Shown one piece after another: positions 10,062 through 19,431 of a DNA stretch of 64,000 nucleotides (position 1 is its first letter; every line of letters begins with the position of its first letter). The translations under genes and the position numbers were made by a program. The notes under the pieces are model-generated. The model did not search any database. It was given only the letters and a program-made list of their open reading frames with translations, and was not told the DNA's origin. Location: sequence record KU521356.1; one strand, 5' to 3'.

Positions 10062-10375
10062 TGCTTATACCAATTAAACTTCGTAAGACATTTAAAAGAC
10101 TGGGCAAAAGACATTCTAAAAGAGTGTTGGCTGCCCAGTCATCTTTTCTGCCGTTTGGTGAATTAACGTTGAGGAAGCAAAGAATGCCTAAGAAAAATAA
10201 AGAATATATTCTTGATGTTATTGATACTAATACTAAAGAACTACAGGCACAGATTAATACGTTAAGTGAACTTGTATGTGAACAACAGAAACAAATTAGT
10301 TTATTAAACAGAACACTAGTTGAGTTACAAGATAATTTGAAAAAAAAGATAGGGATTAAAAATGAATGTAGTTGA
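10061..10375 (+). CDS. Hypothetical protein with C-terminal coiled coil
   Basis: TAATG coupling; heptad-like C-terminus. Confidence 0.65.
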   Translation: MLIPIKLRKTFKRLGKRHSKRVLAAQSSFLPFGELTLRKQRMPKKNKEYILDVIDTNTKELQAQINTLSELVCEQQKQISLLNRTLVELQDNLKKKIGIKNECS

Positions 10376-10691
10376 TGAGTACCTACTTTTGACCTTATTC
10401 TGGATAGTTGTTTTATTTTCATTTATCCATGTATCGCAACGTTATAAACGAATTAAAGAAAAACGAAGAGTTGATTTTCTAGTTAAAAGAGAATTAGTAT
10501 ATAATTATTTCAAAGTAACAGATCCTTCTGAATTAACTAATGATTCTATAGAAAGTATTATACTTAAATTAATTGGTGATAATTATAGAAAATTAACAGA
10601 TATGCAGAAATTAGTAATTAGGGCAGCAGCAGGTCGTGGTTATATGTATAACCCTAACAGACCAATTGGCAAACATTTGAAATATATGTGA
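10362..10691 (+). CDS. Single-pass membrane protein
   Basis: N-terminal YLLLTLFWIVVLFSFI followed by basic residues. Confidence 0.7.
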   Translation: MNVVDEYLLLTLFWIVVLFSFIHVSQRYKRIKEKRRVDFLVKRELVYNYFKVTDPSELTNDSIESIILKLIGDNYRKLTDMQKLVIRAAAGRGYMYNPNRPIGKHLKYM

Positions 10692-10700
10692 GTTATAAAA

Positions 10701-11216
10701 ATGTCAGAAAACCGCCCGTTATATATAGCTGCTATTAAAAAAGATCTTTTAAAAACAACAGGTTTGTATAAACCTTATAATGATTCACCAATAGCTGTGG
10801 TTAGTAATGAAACCAGTAAGTGGCATGTAATGCTAAATATATTACGACATGGTTGGGAATGGATTGAAATACCTGAAGGTGAGATTAAACAACCGGAAAG
10901 TTACCATGACTATGTTATTCTAGCATTAACCACTGTATTAACTGATACTTTAGATTATAAAAATGATCCAAACTCTGATAAATATATCAAGCAAATAATC
11001 TGTACTGATATAGCACTAAAAGTTGAATATGATAAATTAATCAATGTGCTAGAGACAAGTAACGAGTTAGATTTAGCTGATGAATACACCTTTACTAAAC
11101 AAGGTAATCTCAGAGGATATTTCCATTATGATGAGTATTATGGTTTAGATGTACTGGCATGTGCATCTTATGTGATCTGTTCACATATCGAACTAACACC
11201 TAGAAATGTTAAATAA
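10701..11216 (+). CDS. Hypothetical protein
   Basis: 171-aa ORF in operon. Confidence 0.7.
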   Translation: MSENRPLYIAAIKKDLLKTTGLYKPYNDSPIAVVSNETSKWHVMLNILRHGWEWIEIPEGEIKQPESYHDYVILALTTVLTDTLDYKNDPNSDKYIKQIICTDIALKVEYDKLINVLETSNELDLADEYTFTKQGNLRGYFHYDEYYGLDVLACASYVICSHIELTPRNVK

Positions 11217-11228
11217 TAGGAACTACTG

Positions 11229-11828
11229 ATGAAAAAACGTACCGCTTATATCGATCGTGCTAAATTCCGAGATTTTCTAGCCGAGAAAAAAATTAGCGTA
11301 AGTAGCCGACAGTGGATTGAAAAGAGCCACCCAGATCATAAAGAATATTACAAGGCAATCCTAGATTACGTCGTATCTAATGTAAAATTCAAAGAAGAAC
11401 GTTATATTGAAAAGGCAAATGAGGTTATTATTAATGGGTGTATTCGATATCATCTACCCATTCACGCTCAACGTGCACTAACTGTAGTTGAAGAAGAATT
11501 CATTAATAATGCTAGTCTTCAATTTACTTATCTGAATGATAATGATACTAATATTGCCAATATTAACTTTGAAGAAGTTCTTGATGCACAAGTAACTGAG
11601 AATGAAACTGAACTAAGACAAAGTTGGGAATATGTCAATTGTGATATCAACCCATCAGAATACTTTATTGATGTTGTTGATGTACCAGAAGAACTAATTC
11701 TTCGTCTATCTGTATTCCGTTTTGTACACAGTATCAAGAAACTGGAAGTAAAGGATAAGTTAGATCTTGCCGATGTTGTAGGTAAAGATCTAGTTATTGA
11801 AGATGGTAACGTTAAGGTTGTAGAATGA
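11229..11828 (+). CDS. Hypothetical protein
   Basis: AGGAA RBS; 199 aa. Confidence 0.75.
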   Translation: MKKRTAYIDRAKFRDFLAEKKISVSSRQWIEKSHPDHKEYYKAILDYVVSNVKFKEERYIEKANEVIINGCIRYHLPIHAQRALTVVEEEFINNASLQFTYLNDNDTNIANINFEEVLDAQVTENETELRQSWEYVNCDINPSEYFIDVVDVPEELILRLSVFRFVHSIKKLEVKDKLDLADVVGKDLVIEDGNVKVVE

Positions 11829-11881
11829 TTTAAGGCTATTTTAGTAGCTTTATATTCTGATCTTAGCAACCTAGGTACAAC

Positions 11882-12250
11882 GTGATGCAATGTTTAACAC
11901 ACGTAATGAAGTTAGTGGCCGTATTAAGTACGTTGTTATACGTATCAAACCCACTAGCTGCATCGTTGGTAGTTGACGAGAATTACTGTAATGGTGTTGC
12001 ACTTATAGCACATGCCACAGCAGAAGCACGTCAGCGTAAAACACCCATTTTACAATGGGAAGAAAACCTACGATCCCTAAAAGGGTACGGCGTGAAGAAC
12101 AAAGATAACGTTCTTTACAATGTTCTCCCAGCAGCAATTAAAGAGGTGCACGTTGTGTATTCACGTAGACAAAGCCCACGTGATGCATACGTTACATCAT
12201 TTAAAACCTGTATGGATAACAACTACGGTAAAGCTGTGGTTGTAAAATAA
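11882..12250 (+). CDS. Exported two-Cys helical protein (25-28 kb family)
   Basis: Signal-peptide-like N-terminus; ENYC...FKTC cysteine pair. Confidence 0.65.
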   Translation: MMQCLTHVMKLVAVLSTLLYVSNPLAASLVVDENYCNGVALIAHATAEARQRKTPILQWEENLRSLKGYGVKNKDNVLYNVLPAAIKEVHVVYSRRQSPRDAYVTSFKTCMDNNYGKAVVVK

Positions 12251-12306
12251 ATACCAGCCCTTCGGGGCTGGTTTATTTCATCTAGATGAGAATCTGTGGG
12301 TTGCAA

Positions 12307-12603
12307 ATGTATAAAGTATTTGTTATATCAATGATAACACTAACGGCTATATCAACATGTGTAACTTTCATTATTAATATAAAAAATCATTATATTCACT
12401 GGATGGGTGTTTATAAGGTTAGATATGTATTAGATAAAATGCCCAATGGCATAAGTTATTTTTTCTATCAAAATGCTGTCCAAGACATTATAGATAAAGA
12501 ATCATCTAAAATAACAAATCAACATATTTTTACATCTTTTATTTACGATATCAACTCATTGATTATATTAAAATGTAATAATAGGGAAACAGCAAATGAA
12601 TGA
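12307..12603 (+). CDS. Single-pass membrane protein
   Basis: Hydrophobic N-terminus VFVISMITLTAISTCVTFII. Confidence 0.6.
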   Translation: MYKVFVISMITLTAISTCVTFIINIKNHYIHWMGVYKVRYVLDKMPNGISYFFYQNAVQDIIDKESSKITNQHIFTSFIYDINSLIILKCNNRETANE

Positions 12604-12886
12604 TATCATGACAGTAATTATAGGTATTTTGTTTCTGATTATAATGATGGCTTTAATTAACTGGGGTTATTATGCCATCAAACACACGATAAAGTGTAAC
12701 AGGCTTTATAAAGAAGCACTATCAATTATTGACAATATGAGTGATGGTTTATCTGAATACCAGTATACAGTAGCTATTGGACGTTTACGTAAAAAGGCAT
12801 ACTCTATCGACCATTTAACTGCTGTTAAAATGTTTGAAGCATTAGACTTAGTTATTAAAGATAAGTCAAGAAAGAAAAATAAATAA
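12596..12886 (+). CDS. Single-pass membrane protein
   Basis: N-terminal VIIGILFLIIMMALINWGYY; AGGGAA RBS. Confidence 0.7.
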   Translation: MNDIMTVIIGILFLIIMMALINWGYYAIKHTIKCNRLYKEALSIIDNMSDGLSEYQYTVAIGRLRKKAYSIDHLTAVKMFEALDLVIKDKSRKKNK

Positions 12887-12921
12887 GCATAAATAGGAGA
12901 GCTATTTAGCTCTCCTTTATT

Positions 12922-12955
12922 GCATTAAATTTTTTTTGAAATCTATATTACATAT
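12922..12955 (+). promoter_or_regulatory. Early promoter
   Basis: CATTAAATTTTTTTTGAAATCTATATTACA, TATATTAC at 12944; same string recurs before 28415. Confidence 0.8.
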
Positions 12956-13068
12956 TTGGTCAAGTCATATCAAAATAGGTAGTTATAATGCTAGCATTAC
13001 ATTCACTACTATTATTAGTTATAGTGATTTGTTATATAATTCATAAGTGGTTGTGGTATACTTTCAAT

Positions 13069-13161
13069 ATGTTTAAACTAAAAGACATTATTAAAAATAA
13101 AGACAATTTAACTAATGATGAACTATTAAAATTACTCATTGATAAAATAAAGGCAACCTAA
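13069..13161 (+). CDS. 30-aa small ORF coupled to next gene
   Basis: MFKLKDIIKNKDNLTNDELLKLLIDKIKAT; TAATG overlap; weak RBS. Confidence 0.35.
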   Translation: MFKLKDIIKNKDNLTNDELLKLLIDKIKAT

Positions 13162-13628
13162 TGTATCCATTCTTTACAGGTAATGAGAAAGTTACTGTAG
13201 ATGTTCTTGATGATAAACATAATCTACATAGAAGTTGGACTGATTATAAACATCCCATCACGACGCGTGTGGACGGTAAACTAACCAATGTGTGGTATAA
13301 AGTTGAACCACCGATGAGTGCTAAGGATATTGAAAATAACTTTACAATTGACAAAGATAAAGTTAAATTATCTAATCGTTTGCACCAAGCTTTAGATGCA
13401 ACGTTGATTAAAAATGAATTAGAAGAGTTTAACAAATTAATTGATCTATGTGTAAAACATGTTAATTCAGTTAGTATTCATCTAGGTCTTACTATTTGGA
13501 AATTAGCAGATACTGTAAAATATGAAAAAGCAGATTTAAAGAAACTATTTAATGCACATTATACCAAATCTACTGAACTTGTAAAAGAAAAGAATATAGT
13601 GCCCTCAGTAGAAGATATCTTCCTATAA
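13161..13628 (+). CDS. Hypothetical protein
   Basis: 155-aa ORF. Confidence 0.7.
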   Translation: MYPFFTGNEKVTVDVLDDKHNLHRSWTDYKHPITTRVDGKLTNVWYKVEPPMSAKDIENNFTIDKDKVKLSNRLHQALDATLIKNELEEFNKLIDLCVKHVNSVSIHLGLTIWKLADTVKYEKADLKKLFNAHYTKSTELVKEKNIVPSVEDIFL

Positions 13629-13650
13629 TTTATTTAAAGGTAATGCAAAT

Positions 13651-14559
13651 ATGCTAAAGGTAAAATCATTACTCACTGGCCATATTCTTCGAGCTACCTA
13701 TGATTGGTTTCTTGAGAATAACTTCAGAGATATTCTAATTGTAGCACATACTCAATTAGTACCTGATTTATCTGAGGTAGCTCTAAAGCATGCGAAAGAA
13801 GATCACACTATCACTTTCAATATCCATCCACGCTGTGCAAAGAATTTTTATATCAGTGACGAATATATCTCTTTCAATGTAACAGTAAATGGAGTTGGGG
13901 TCAGTATTAAACTTCCTCTTTATGCAGTATTGGGTGTAGTTACACCTATTGATGATAATTCTAACGCATTCTTTGAAATGCCACTAGTAGATAGATATCT
14001 CAATGCAGATACTATTCGTGCAACATTAGAAGGAACTGTTAATAATGTAGTTGACAAAAACCCAGTATTAACTACCGTAGGTAATGTCACTGAGGTTAAT
14101 TTTAAAAATAAAGCCGATACCACTAATGGTAAGTTAGTTGTAAGGAATACATCTGAGAATGAGCATGATCAGATGATTGAAAGCGCCATTAACAGAGTAA
14201 CTGAATTTAGTAATCCAGAATTAGATGCACATATTAGAGTAGCGGTAACTGTAATTAAACAGAATGCACCAGAATTAATTATGGATTGGTGTGAGCGGGT
14301 TATTAATTGTACACGTAATGAAAACTATCAGGATAACATCAATGTACTTATGATGGAACTCCTCAGTTACCCTATTTCAAATGTGGTTAGTGAATCAACT
14401 GTGGACTCGGGTGATAATACATCTAATTCATTTGACAATGATGTAAATAAGATGGTTGAGGATTTCAATAATTCTTCCAATTCGCAGGTTATTATTAATA
14501 AACCTTCTCGTCCTACCGGTACACCAAAACTCACTGTTATTAAAGGTGGTAAGAAATGA
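13651..14559 (+). CDS. sspB: SspB-like ClpXP adaptor with internal extra domain
   Basis: HILRATYDWFLEN / FNIHPR / LPLYAVLGV match the SspB core (E. coli YLLRAFYEWLLDN, LNIAPR, VPLAAVLAI); C-terminal PKLTVIK resembles the ClpX-binding tail. Confidence 0.8.
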   Translation: MLKVKSLLTGHILRATYDWFLENNFRDILIVAHTQLVPDLSEVALKHAKEDHTITFNIHPRCAKNFYISDEYISFNVTVNGVGVSIKLPLYAVLGVVTPIDDNSNAFFEMPLVDRYLNADTIRATLEGTVNNVVDKNPVLTTVGNVTEVNFKNKADTTNGKLVVRNTSENEHDQMIESAINRVTEFSNPELDAHIRVAVTVIKQNAPELIMDWCERVINCTRNENYQDNINVLMMELLSYPISNVVSESTVDSGDNTSNSFDNDVNKMVEDFNNSSNSQVIINKPSRPTGTPKLTVIKGGKK

Positions 14560-14813
14560 ATGCAACTTTAGCAATTCTTTTTAGTAGTATCAGTATCGCT
14601 GGTTATCAAGCCAATGGTGCATCGCAGTCAACCGCTGAGTTCTCTGACATGGCTACTTGTTTTAGCGCGATTGAGCGCATTCAAAAACTAGCTAAAGCAA
14701 GTGCTATTCGTAATAATGTAGAGACTGTAAAAATCAGTGATGGTGTTCTATTACGTTATTTTTCTTCTAGTACTAGTAAAGTAGAACATACTCTAATCTG
14801 TGTAAATAAATAG
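14556..14813 (+). CDS. Small exported/membrane protein with F-x5-C...C pattern
   Basis: Hydrophobic N-terminus, FSDMATC, C-terminal LICVNK. Confidence 0.65.
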   Translation: MNATLAILFSSISIAGYQANGASQSTAEFSDMATCFSAIERIQKLAKASAIRNNVETVKISDGVLLRYFSSSTSKVEHTLICVNK

Positions 14814-14821
14814 GTACGGAT

Positions 14822-15529
14822 ATGTCTGAGAAAATGTATTTATCTTTTTCTGGAATTGGACACAATGACGTAATCAAACAAGATCTTAATGGATTCGTTC
14901 CAATGGATGTATCAACTATTGATAATGAAGTGGCTGATCGATTATTTTATACTCCATTCAATAGTTCTGAACCAGGTACCTCATTACCTAATGTTGCTAA
15001 TGTGGTATTCAAGGTATTACCTATCCATATCGAGGATAACACTATCTGTGTTTTAGATAGTTGTTCTAGTACCGAATACTCATTGAATGACTTAGTTGAT
15101 ACCAGTGTCTCATCATTAGAAACATATGGCCCATTAATAGATTTACGTAGTAGTGATCCAATTGAGACATATGCTAATCAGGCAGTGTATACTTGGTTAA
15201 ATAAGAATATCTGTGATATCGAATTTGAAGTACATGGCGGGCTGCAAGTGCAACTAACTGCTGACCAAGTGCGTTCCAATGTTAATGCATTTGTAGCAGG
15301 TATTGATCTTGACATCGACGATAAATTGATGGTATATGTGGTGATTAAAATCAATGATCGTTTATACGATGCTTGGTCTAGTCAACATGTGGTGGAACCA
15401 TTAACAATGTATCATGTGCAAGGTGGTCATGAGCCTATTGTCTATAGTGAGACCCATATTGAAAATAGCCTATTGCGATATGCTAAAGAGAAAGGTTGGG
15501 CTGAAATTTTGACTCGTATTGGTCTGTAA
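14822..15529 (+). CDS. Hypothetical protein, possible degenerate NUDIX fold
   Basis: IHIEDN and FVAGIDLD segments recall a phage NUDIX-like family; no intact Nudix box. Confidence 0.5.
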   Translation: MSEKMYLSFSGIGHNDVIKQDLNGFVPMDVSTIDNEVADRLFYTPFNSSEPGTSLPNVANVVFKVLPIHIEDNTICVLDSCSSTEYSLNDLVDTSVSSLETYGPLIDLRSSDPIETYANQAVYTWLNKNICDIEFEVHGGLQVQLTADQVRSNVNAFVAGIDLDIDDKLMVYVVIKINDRLYDAWSSQHVVEPLTMYHVQGGHEPIVYSETHIENSLLRYAKEKGWAEILTRIGL

Positions 15530-15634
15530 TAAAAATACTTCTTATAGACTAATAATATAGGTAAGATACTAGCCGATTGGTTAGTTGCGCTTAGGGAGTC
15601 CTTCGGGACTCCCGTATATCGTCTAGGAGGTTTT

Positions 15635-15928
15635 ATGTATACAGTTACACTTGAACAAGTAGGACACCGTATACCGTCTAGTTTAAGTGCTTTTGTAATT
15701 AGACCGTTTGAAAATACCATTACGCATAATGATACGTCTTATTACTTGATCATGGGTAAAGATGATTTCGATAACATGCACATGGAATGGCGAGATGTAG
15801 CTGTAGTTGATAGTCAAGCCGTTATAGTTGCTACATACACTCCATCGAAAAACTCATTTAATCTTGTAAAAAATGAATTAGGTATTCCAGTTAATATCAA
15901 ATACAAACGGATAGAGGTTGATCTATGA
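15635..15928 (+). CDS. Hypothetical protein
   Basis: AGGAGG RBS. Confidence 0.75.
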   Translation: MYTVTLEQVGHRIPSSLSAFVIRPFENTITHNDTSYYLIMGKDDFDNMHMEWRDVAVVDSQAVIVATYTPSKNSFNLVKNELGIPVNIKYKRIEVDL

Positions 15929-15955
15929 TTACCAGTAAGGTTAGAGGAATGAAGT

Positions 15956-16156
15956 ATGGATCGTCTTGATGAAAGAATCGCATTCAGTGTAAAGTCGTAC
16001 AAAATTTTCAATGCTCTCTCCCATGGCCGAGTTCGGGCATTGATTATTAACTTTAAAGATGGTAAGGGTACGATCGTATCTATTAGTGATGAGCGCCGCC
16101 ATGATAAACATCTCTGGTTCAACTGTGGACTAGTAGACAATCCGAGGATCAAGTAA
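15956..16156 (+). CDS. Hypothetical small protein
   Basis: TAATG-coupled to thyA. Confidence 0.6.
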   Translation: MDRLDERIAFSVKSYKIFNALSHGRVRALIINFKDGKGTIVSISDERRHDKHLWFNCGLVDNPRIK

Positions 16157-17622
16157 TGGAACAATATCTTAATTCAATCCGTTTAGTTAAAGAACACGGT
16201 GTACATAAAGGTGACCGTACTGGTACTGGTACTCAGAGCATGTTTGGTCAACAAGAACGTTATAGTCTGCGTAATAATCAGCTACCAGTTGTAACCACCA
16301 AGAAGATTCATCTAGCTTCTGTAATTCATGAATTGTTCTGGATGCTGTCAGGTGATACTAAGGTGGATTACCTGATCGCTAATGGTGTACGCATCTGGAA
16401 CGAGTGGGTTAAACCTGAAACCGCAGTATATGAGCCGATGACCGATGAGGCCGTTCTTAAAGCAGTAACTGCCCTCATTGGTGCCCCATTCGTAATGTAC
16501 TTACATTGTATGAACGATGACTCTACTCCATTCATTGAGACTGTAGCGGAATTCGAGTCGGGTATGACTCCAGAGACTATTCAGGCCTTCTGGGATGAAT
16601 ATCCAGTTAACCGTGAGGAAATCCAATACATCATTGGAGTTAGCGTAACGTCGTGGAATAGGTTCGCTACTGAAGGGTTCGATGAAGCCAAAAATCCTGA
16701 AGGTATTCGTGCTGAATATAACAAGCGACTGTATCGTGCTTTGATGCATAAAGAACCAGAGCGTCTGGTCGGCGGCGATCTAGGTGCTGTTTACGGTAAG
16801 ACATGGCGTAATCTTGAAGACACTCGTGTAATCCCTAAATATGAGTGGTTTGATTATGAGAAGCGTGGTTTTGACTTCGTGGCGGATATCCCAGGTACAA
16901 CCATGGAAACCGATCGATGCGTGGTTACTCGACGTATCGACCAAATCCAAGACATCATCGATCAACTTCGCACCAACCCGGATTCTCGTCGGATCATTGT
17001 TTGTGCATGGGCGCCACATCTTATTGATGAGCAGGCACTCCCACCTTGCCACGCATTTATTCAGTTCTGGACCCGTGAACTGACCGTAGATGAACGAGTG
17101 CAAGCTCTAGACCAAACCCAGTTCGAAGCTGATGCTTATCATGATAAGATTAGTGGTGAGATTACTCGTGGTCAACCTCCATTCGATAGTGCTGAGCAGG
17201 TTAAAGCACTTCTGCGTGTCTGTCGTGGTTATGAAAAGGCTACAGATGAAGCAGTAGTAGAATGGCTGGATCAACATGGTGTTCCTAAACGTGCATTGAG
17301 TTGCCAACTCTATCAAAGATCTTGTGATACTTTCTTAGGAAAACCCTTTAATATCACGTTCTACAGTCTGCTGACCCATATGTTAGCTAACCAAATGAAT
17401 ATGATTGCTGAAGAGTTTATCTGGACTGGTGGTGATGTACATATTTACTCTAACCACCAAGAACAAACTGATCTTCAATTAACTCGTGAACCGAAGGTTC
17501 TACCTACCATCCGTTTTAAAGAAGAAGCTATTGGTAAAGATATTCGGGAAATTGGTGTAGATGATTTTGTTATCGAGAACTATGAATATCATCCACACAT
17601 TGCTGGTAAAGTTGCTGTTTAA
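16156..17622 (+). CDS. thyA: Thymidylate synthase with two large in-frame insertions
   Basis: GDRTGTGT, TTKKIH, GDLGAVYG..WR, PDSRRII, ALPPCH, LYQRSCD.FLG.PFN, GDVHIY.NH. Confidence 0.95.
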   Translation: MEQYLNSIRLVKEHGVHKGDRTGTGTQSMFGQQERYSLRNNQLPVVTTKKIHLASVIHELFWMLSGDTKVDYLIANGVRIWNEWVKPETAVYEPMTDEAVLKAVTALIGAPFVMYLHCMNDDSTPFIETVAEFESGMTPETIQAFWDEYPVNREEIQYIIGVSVTSWNRFATEGFDEAKNPEGIRAEYNKRLYRALMHKEPERLVGGDLGAVYGKTWRNLEDTRVIPKYEWFDYEKRGFDFVADIPGTTMETDRCVVTRRIDQIQDIIDQLRTNPDSRRIIVCAWAPHLIDEQALPPCHAFIQFWTRELTVDERVQALDQTQFEADAYHDKISGEITRGQPPFDSAEQVKALLRVCRGYEKATDEAVVEWLDQHGVPKRALSCQLYQRSCDTFLGKPFNITFYSLLTHMLANQMNMIAEEFIWTGGDVHIYSNHQEQTDLQLTREPKVLPTIRFKEEAIGKDIREIGVDDFVIENYEYHPHIAGKVAV

Positions 17623-17630
17623 CATAAAAC

Positions 17631-17652
17631 GCCTCCCTTCGGGGAGGCTTTA
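17631..17652 (+). terminator. UUCG-loop terminator
   Basis: GCCTCCC-TTCG-GGGAGGC-TTTATTTT. Confidence 0.85.
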
Positions 17653-17676
17653 TTTTCCTTTGGAGGTATACTTCTT

Positions 17677-18066
17677 ATGAACATTATCGAACTTAAACGT
17701 CAACTTTAACTCGCCGAGGAACTGATGGGTATAGACCCTGCTCCACTTAAAATCGGTATCGCTGGTGATCGAGTTGATACTGCAACTCGATGCAGTATTT
17801 TCAATGGGAAAGATCCAGGTAGGGAATTCAGTATCAGTCTTGGAATTGTTAGCCGAAAGCAATTGCTTGAACACACTGACGATGCATTGATTCTCAATAA
17901 GCCCGAGAAAGAGCCTATTGTCATCCCATACAAAGCTATCTACGACATGCCTACTTCTCTTGAATTCGAGGAAGAACTGATCTCGGAAGGATGGTTGGTC
18001 TACAATATTCTCAGGACACCGATATTCATGTGGCTTGATGCTGGTAAAACAGAAAAACTTAAATAA
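17677..18066 (+). pseudogene. Gene interrupted by in-frame TAA at codon 11
   Basis: GGAGG RBS, ATG 17677, MNIIELKRQL*LAEELMGIDP...; TAA at 17707-17709, frame then open to 18066. Confidence 0.7.
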
Positions 18067-18077
18067 GGAAAAATGAA

Positions 18078-18590
18078 ATGACTATGTCTACTCTTGGTTG
18101 GGATTTAAATGGCGGTGCTCTGGACACGCTATATCAACTAGTTCGTCATGGTTTCCGTGAACCAGGTGAGATCCCATCTAAAGCTGGCGCCGTCGATCTT
18201 GAACAGCTTCGACTGATTGATTACTTCCCGGATGGTTCCGGCATTGAGTTGACTCTATTGGGTTCTGTTGTTGGTGATCACATTGTCAACCATAAAGAAC
18301 TGATCGGTTTCAAGATTGACTTCGCTGAACGTTGTGGTAATGGTGAACTTGACGGTAAACCTATTCGGGTACTGAGTGACCATGATGACAACATCGTCTT
18401 TGTTCGTGATCTGATTCAAACTGCGGGCTTCAAGATCTCTGATCTGACCAGCGAGCACGATTATGCTGTATTCCAGATCAATGATCCAGATACTGATGGA
18501 AAGTATATTACTCTTTATCCAGGTGACATTGTTGTCAAGACGGGATCTGGTTATATTGTTCACACCACTACGGAAAACCAGAGTCGTTAA
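18078..18590 (+). CDS. Hypothetical protein
   Basis: AAGGAA RBS; intact 170 aa. Confidence 0.75.
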   Translation: MTMSTLGWDLNGGALDTLYQLVRHGFREPGEIPSKAGAVDLEQLRLIDYFPDGSGIELTLLGSVVGDHIVNHKELIGFKIDFAERCGNGELDGKPIRVLSDHDDNIVFVRDLIQTAGFKISDLTSEHDYAVFQINDPDTDGKYITLYPGDIVVKTGSGYIVHTTTENQSR

Positions 18591-18648
18591 ACAGTATATC
18601 GGGAGTCCATTTGGACTCCCTTTTATATCGTAAACATGTGAGGTCCAA

Positions 18649-19027
18649 ATGTTTGTAAAAAAGTGATCTACCCAGTAATATTGAAAATATCAAAGTTGGT
18701 GAGAAAGTTATCTCCCAATGGTTCGCTTTACCCAATTATACTGAGATGAAGAAGCTCTATTTGGATGATCTTCCAGCTCTCGGTTACCATCAATCAATGG
18801 CTGATTTTGAAGCAGCTGTCAGGAAATATACCACGGCATTCCTTATCGACAATCTACTGATGGATACTGCTGGTAAGGCTATCAACCCGATCTCACCTTA
18901 CTTCCTCGATAAGGTCAACGAGCGCTTGGCAGAACTCGGTGATCCATTGTATCGAGTTACATGCATTATATCTCGATGGCCAAACAAAACAAAATGCGTT
19001 GGTTGTCAGATGAGAAGGTTCGGATGA
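18649..19027 (+). pseudogene. Frameshifted hypothetical gene
   Basis: GAGGT RBS then ATG TTT GTA AAA AAG TGA; removing one A of the A6 run (18657-18662) gives MFVKSDLPSNIENIK... continuous with the 18746 ORF. Confidence 0.6.
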
Positions 19028-19371
19028 AGAAATACTTCTATTCATTGCGTCCTCTCCTTGCAGCATTGTGGGTTGAGACTAGCCATGAACATCCGCCCAT
19101 GGTTTTCCATGAACTGTTACCTATCCTGTCAGATCCTATCTTGTATAAACGTATCCAAGAATTGGTTAACGCTAAGGTTGGAGCTACTGAATAGGATCTG
19201 ATTGATCGTTGCCCAGTTCTGGATCGGTTCATTGACTTCCATCTGGCTAAAGAGAAACCCAACTTCGGTAAATATAAACGTCCGGACATCTATGCACTTA
19301 CCGACCTAGCCTGGCATTTTGTTGACCAGTACAAGCTCGACACATTCGTAAAACTACCTGGTACCGAATGA
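18961..19371 (+). pseudogene. C-terminal fragment of an RlaP/YcgL-type (Pol-beta superfamily) nucleotidyltransferase with internal TAG
   Basis: HYISMAK..VRMKKYFYSLRPLLAALW..PPMVF..L motif; catalytic N-half absent; TAG 19192-19194 then DLIDRCPVLDRFI in frame to TGA 19371. Confidence 0.65.
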
Positions 19372-19431
19372 AGAAAATATTAGTCAATAAAGAAAAAAGT
19401 CTAATACCATCTTATTAAAAGGAAATATACT

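Noticed and set aside
15535-15615. Possible ~65-nt sRNA before the 15635 gene
   Set aside because: Only one weak hairpin plus a terminator and no TATG start motif; explained as a 3' UTR.
16156-17622. Intein or group I intron in thyA (and in nrdA/nrdB)
   Set aside because: The frames are continuous, with no C...HN splice junctions or endonuclease motifs seen; nrdA and nrdB are of normal length.
18657-18663. A-AAA-AAG as a programmed -1 frameshift
   Set aside because: The -1 frame closes after about 33 codons, while the long ORF is in the +1 frame. A 1-nt insertion fits better.
17707-19194. Stop-codon reassignment explaining the internal stops
   Set aside because: The two internal stops differ (TAA and TAG), both codons end many intact genes here (for example TAG at 2413, 25854, 40670), and there is no suppressor tRNA.
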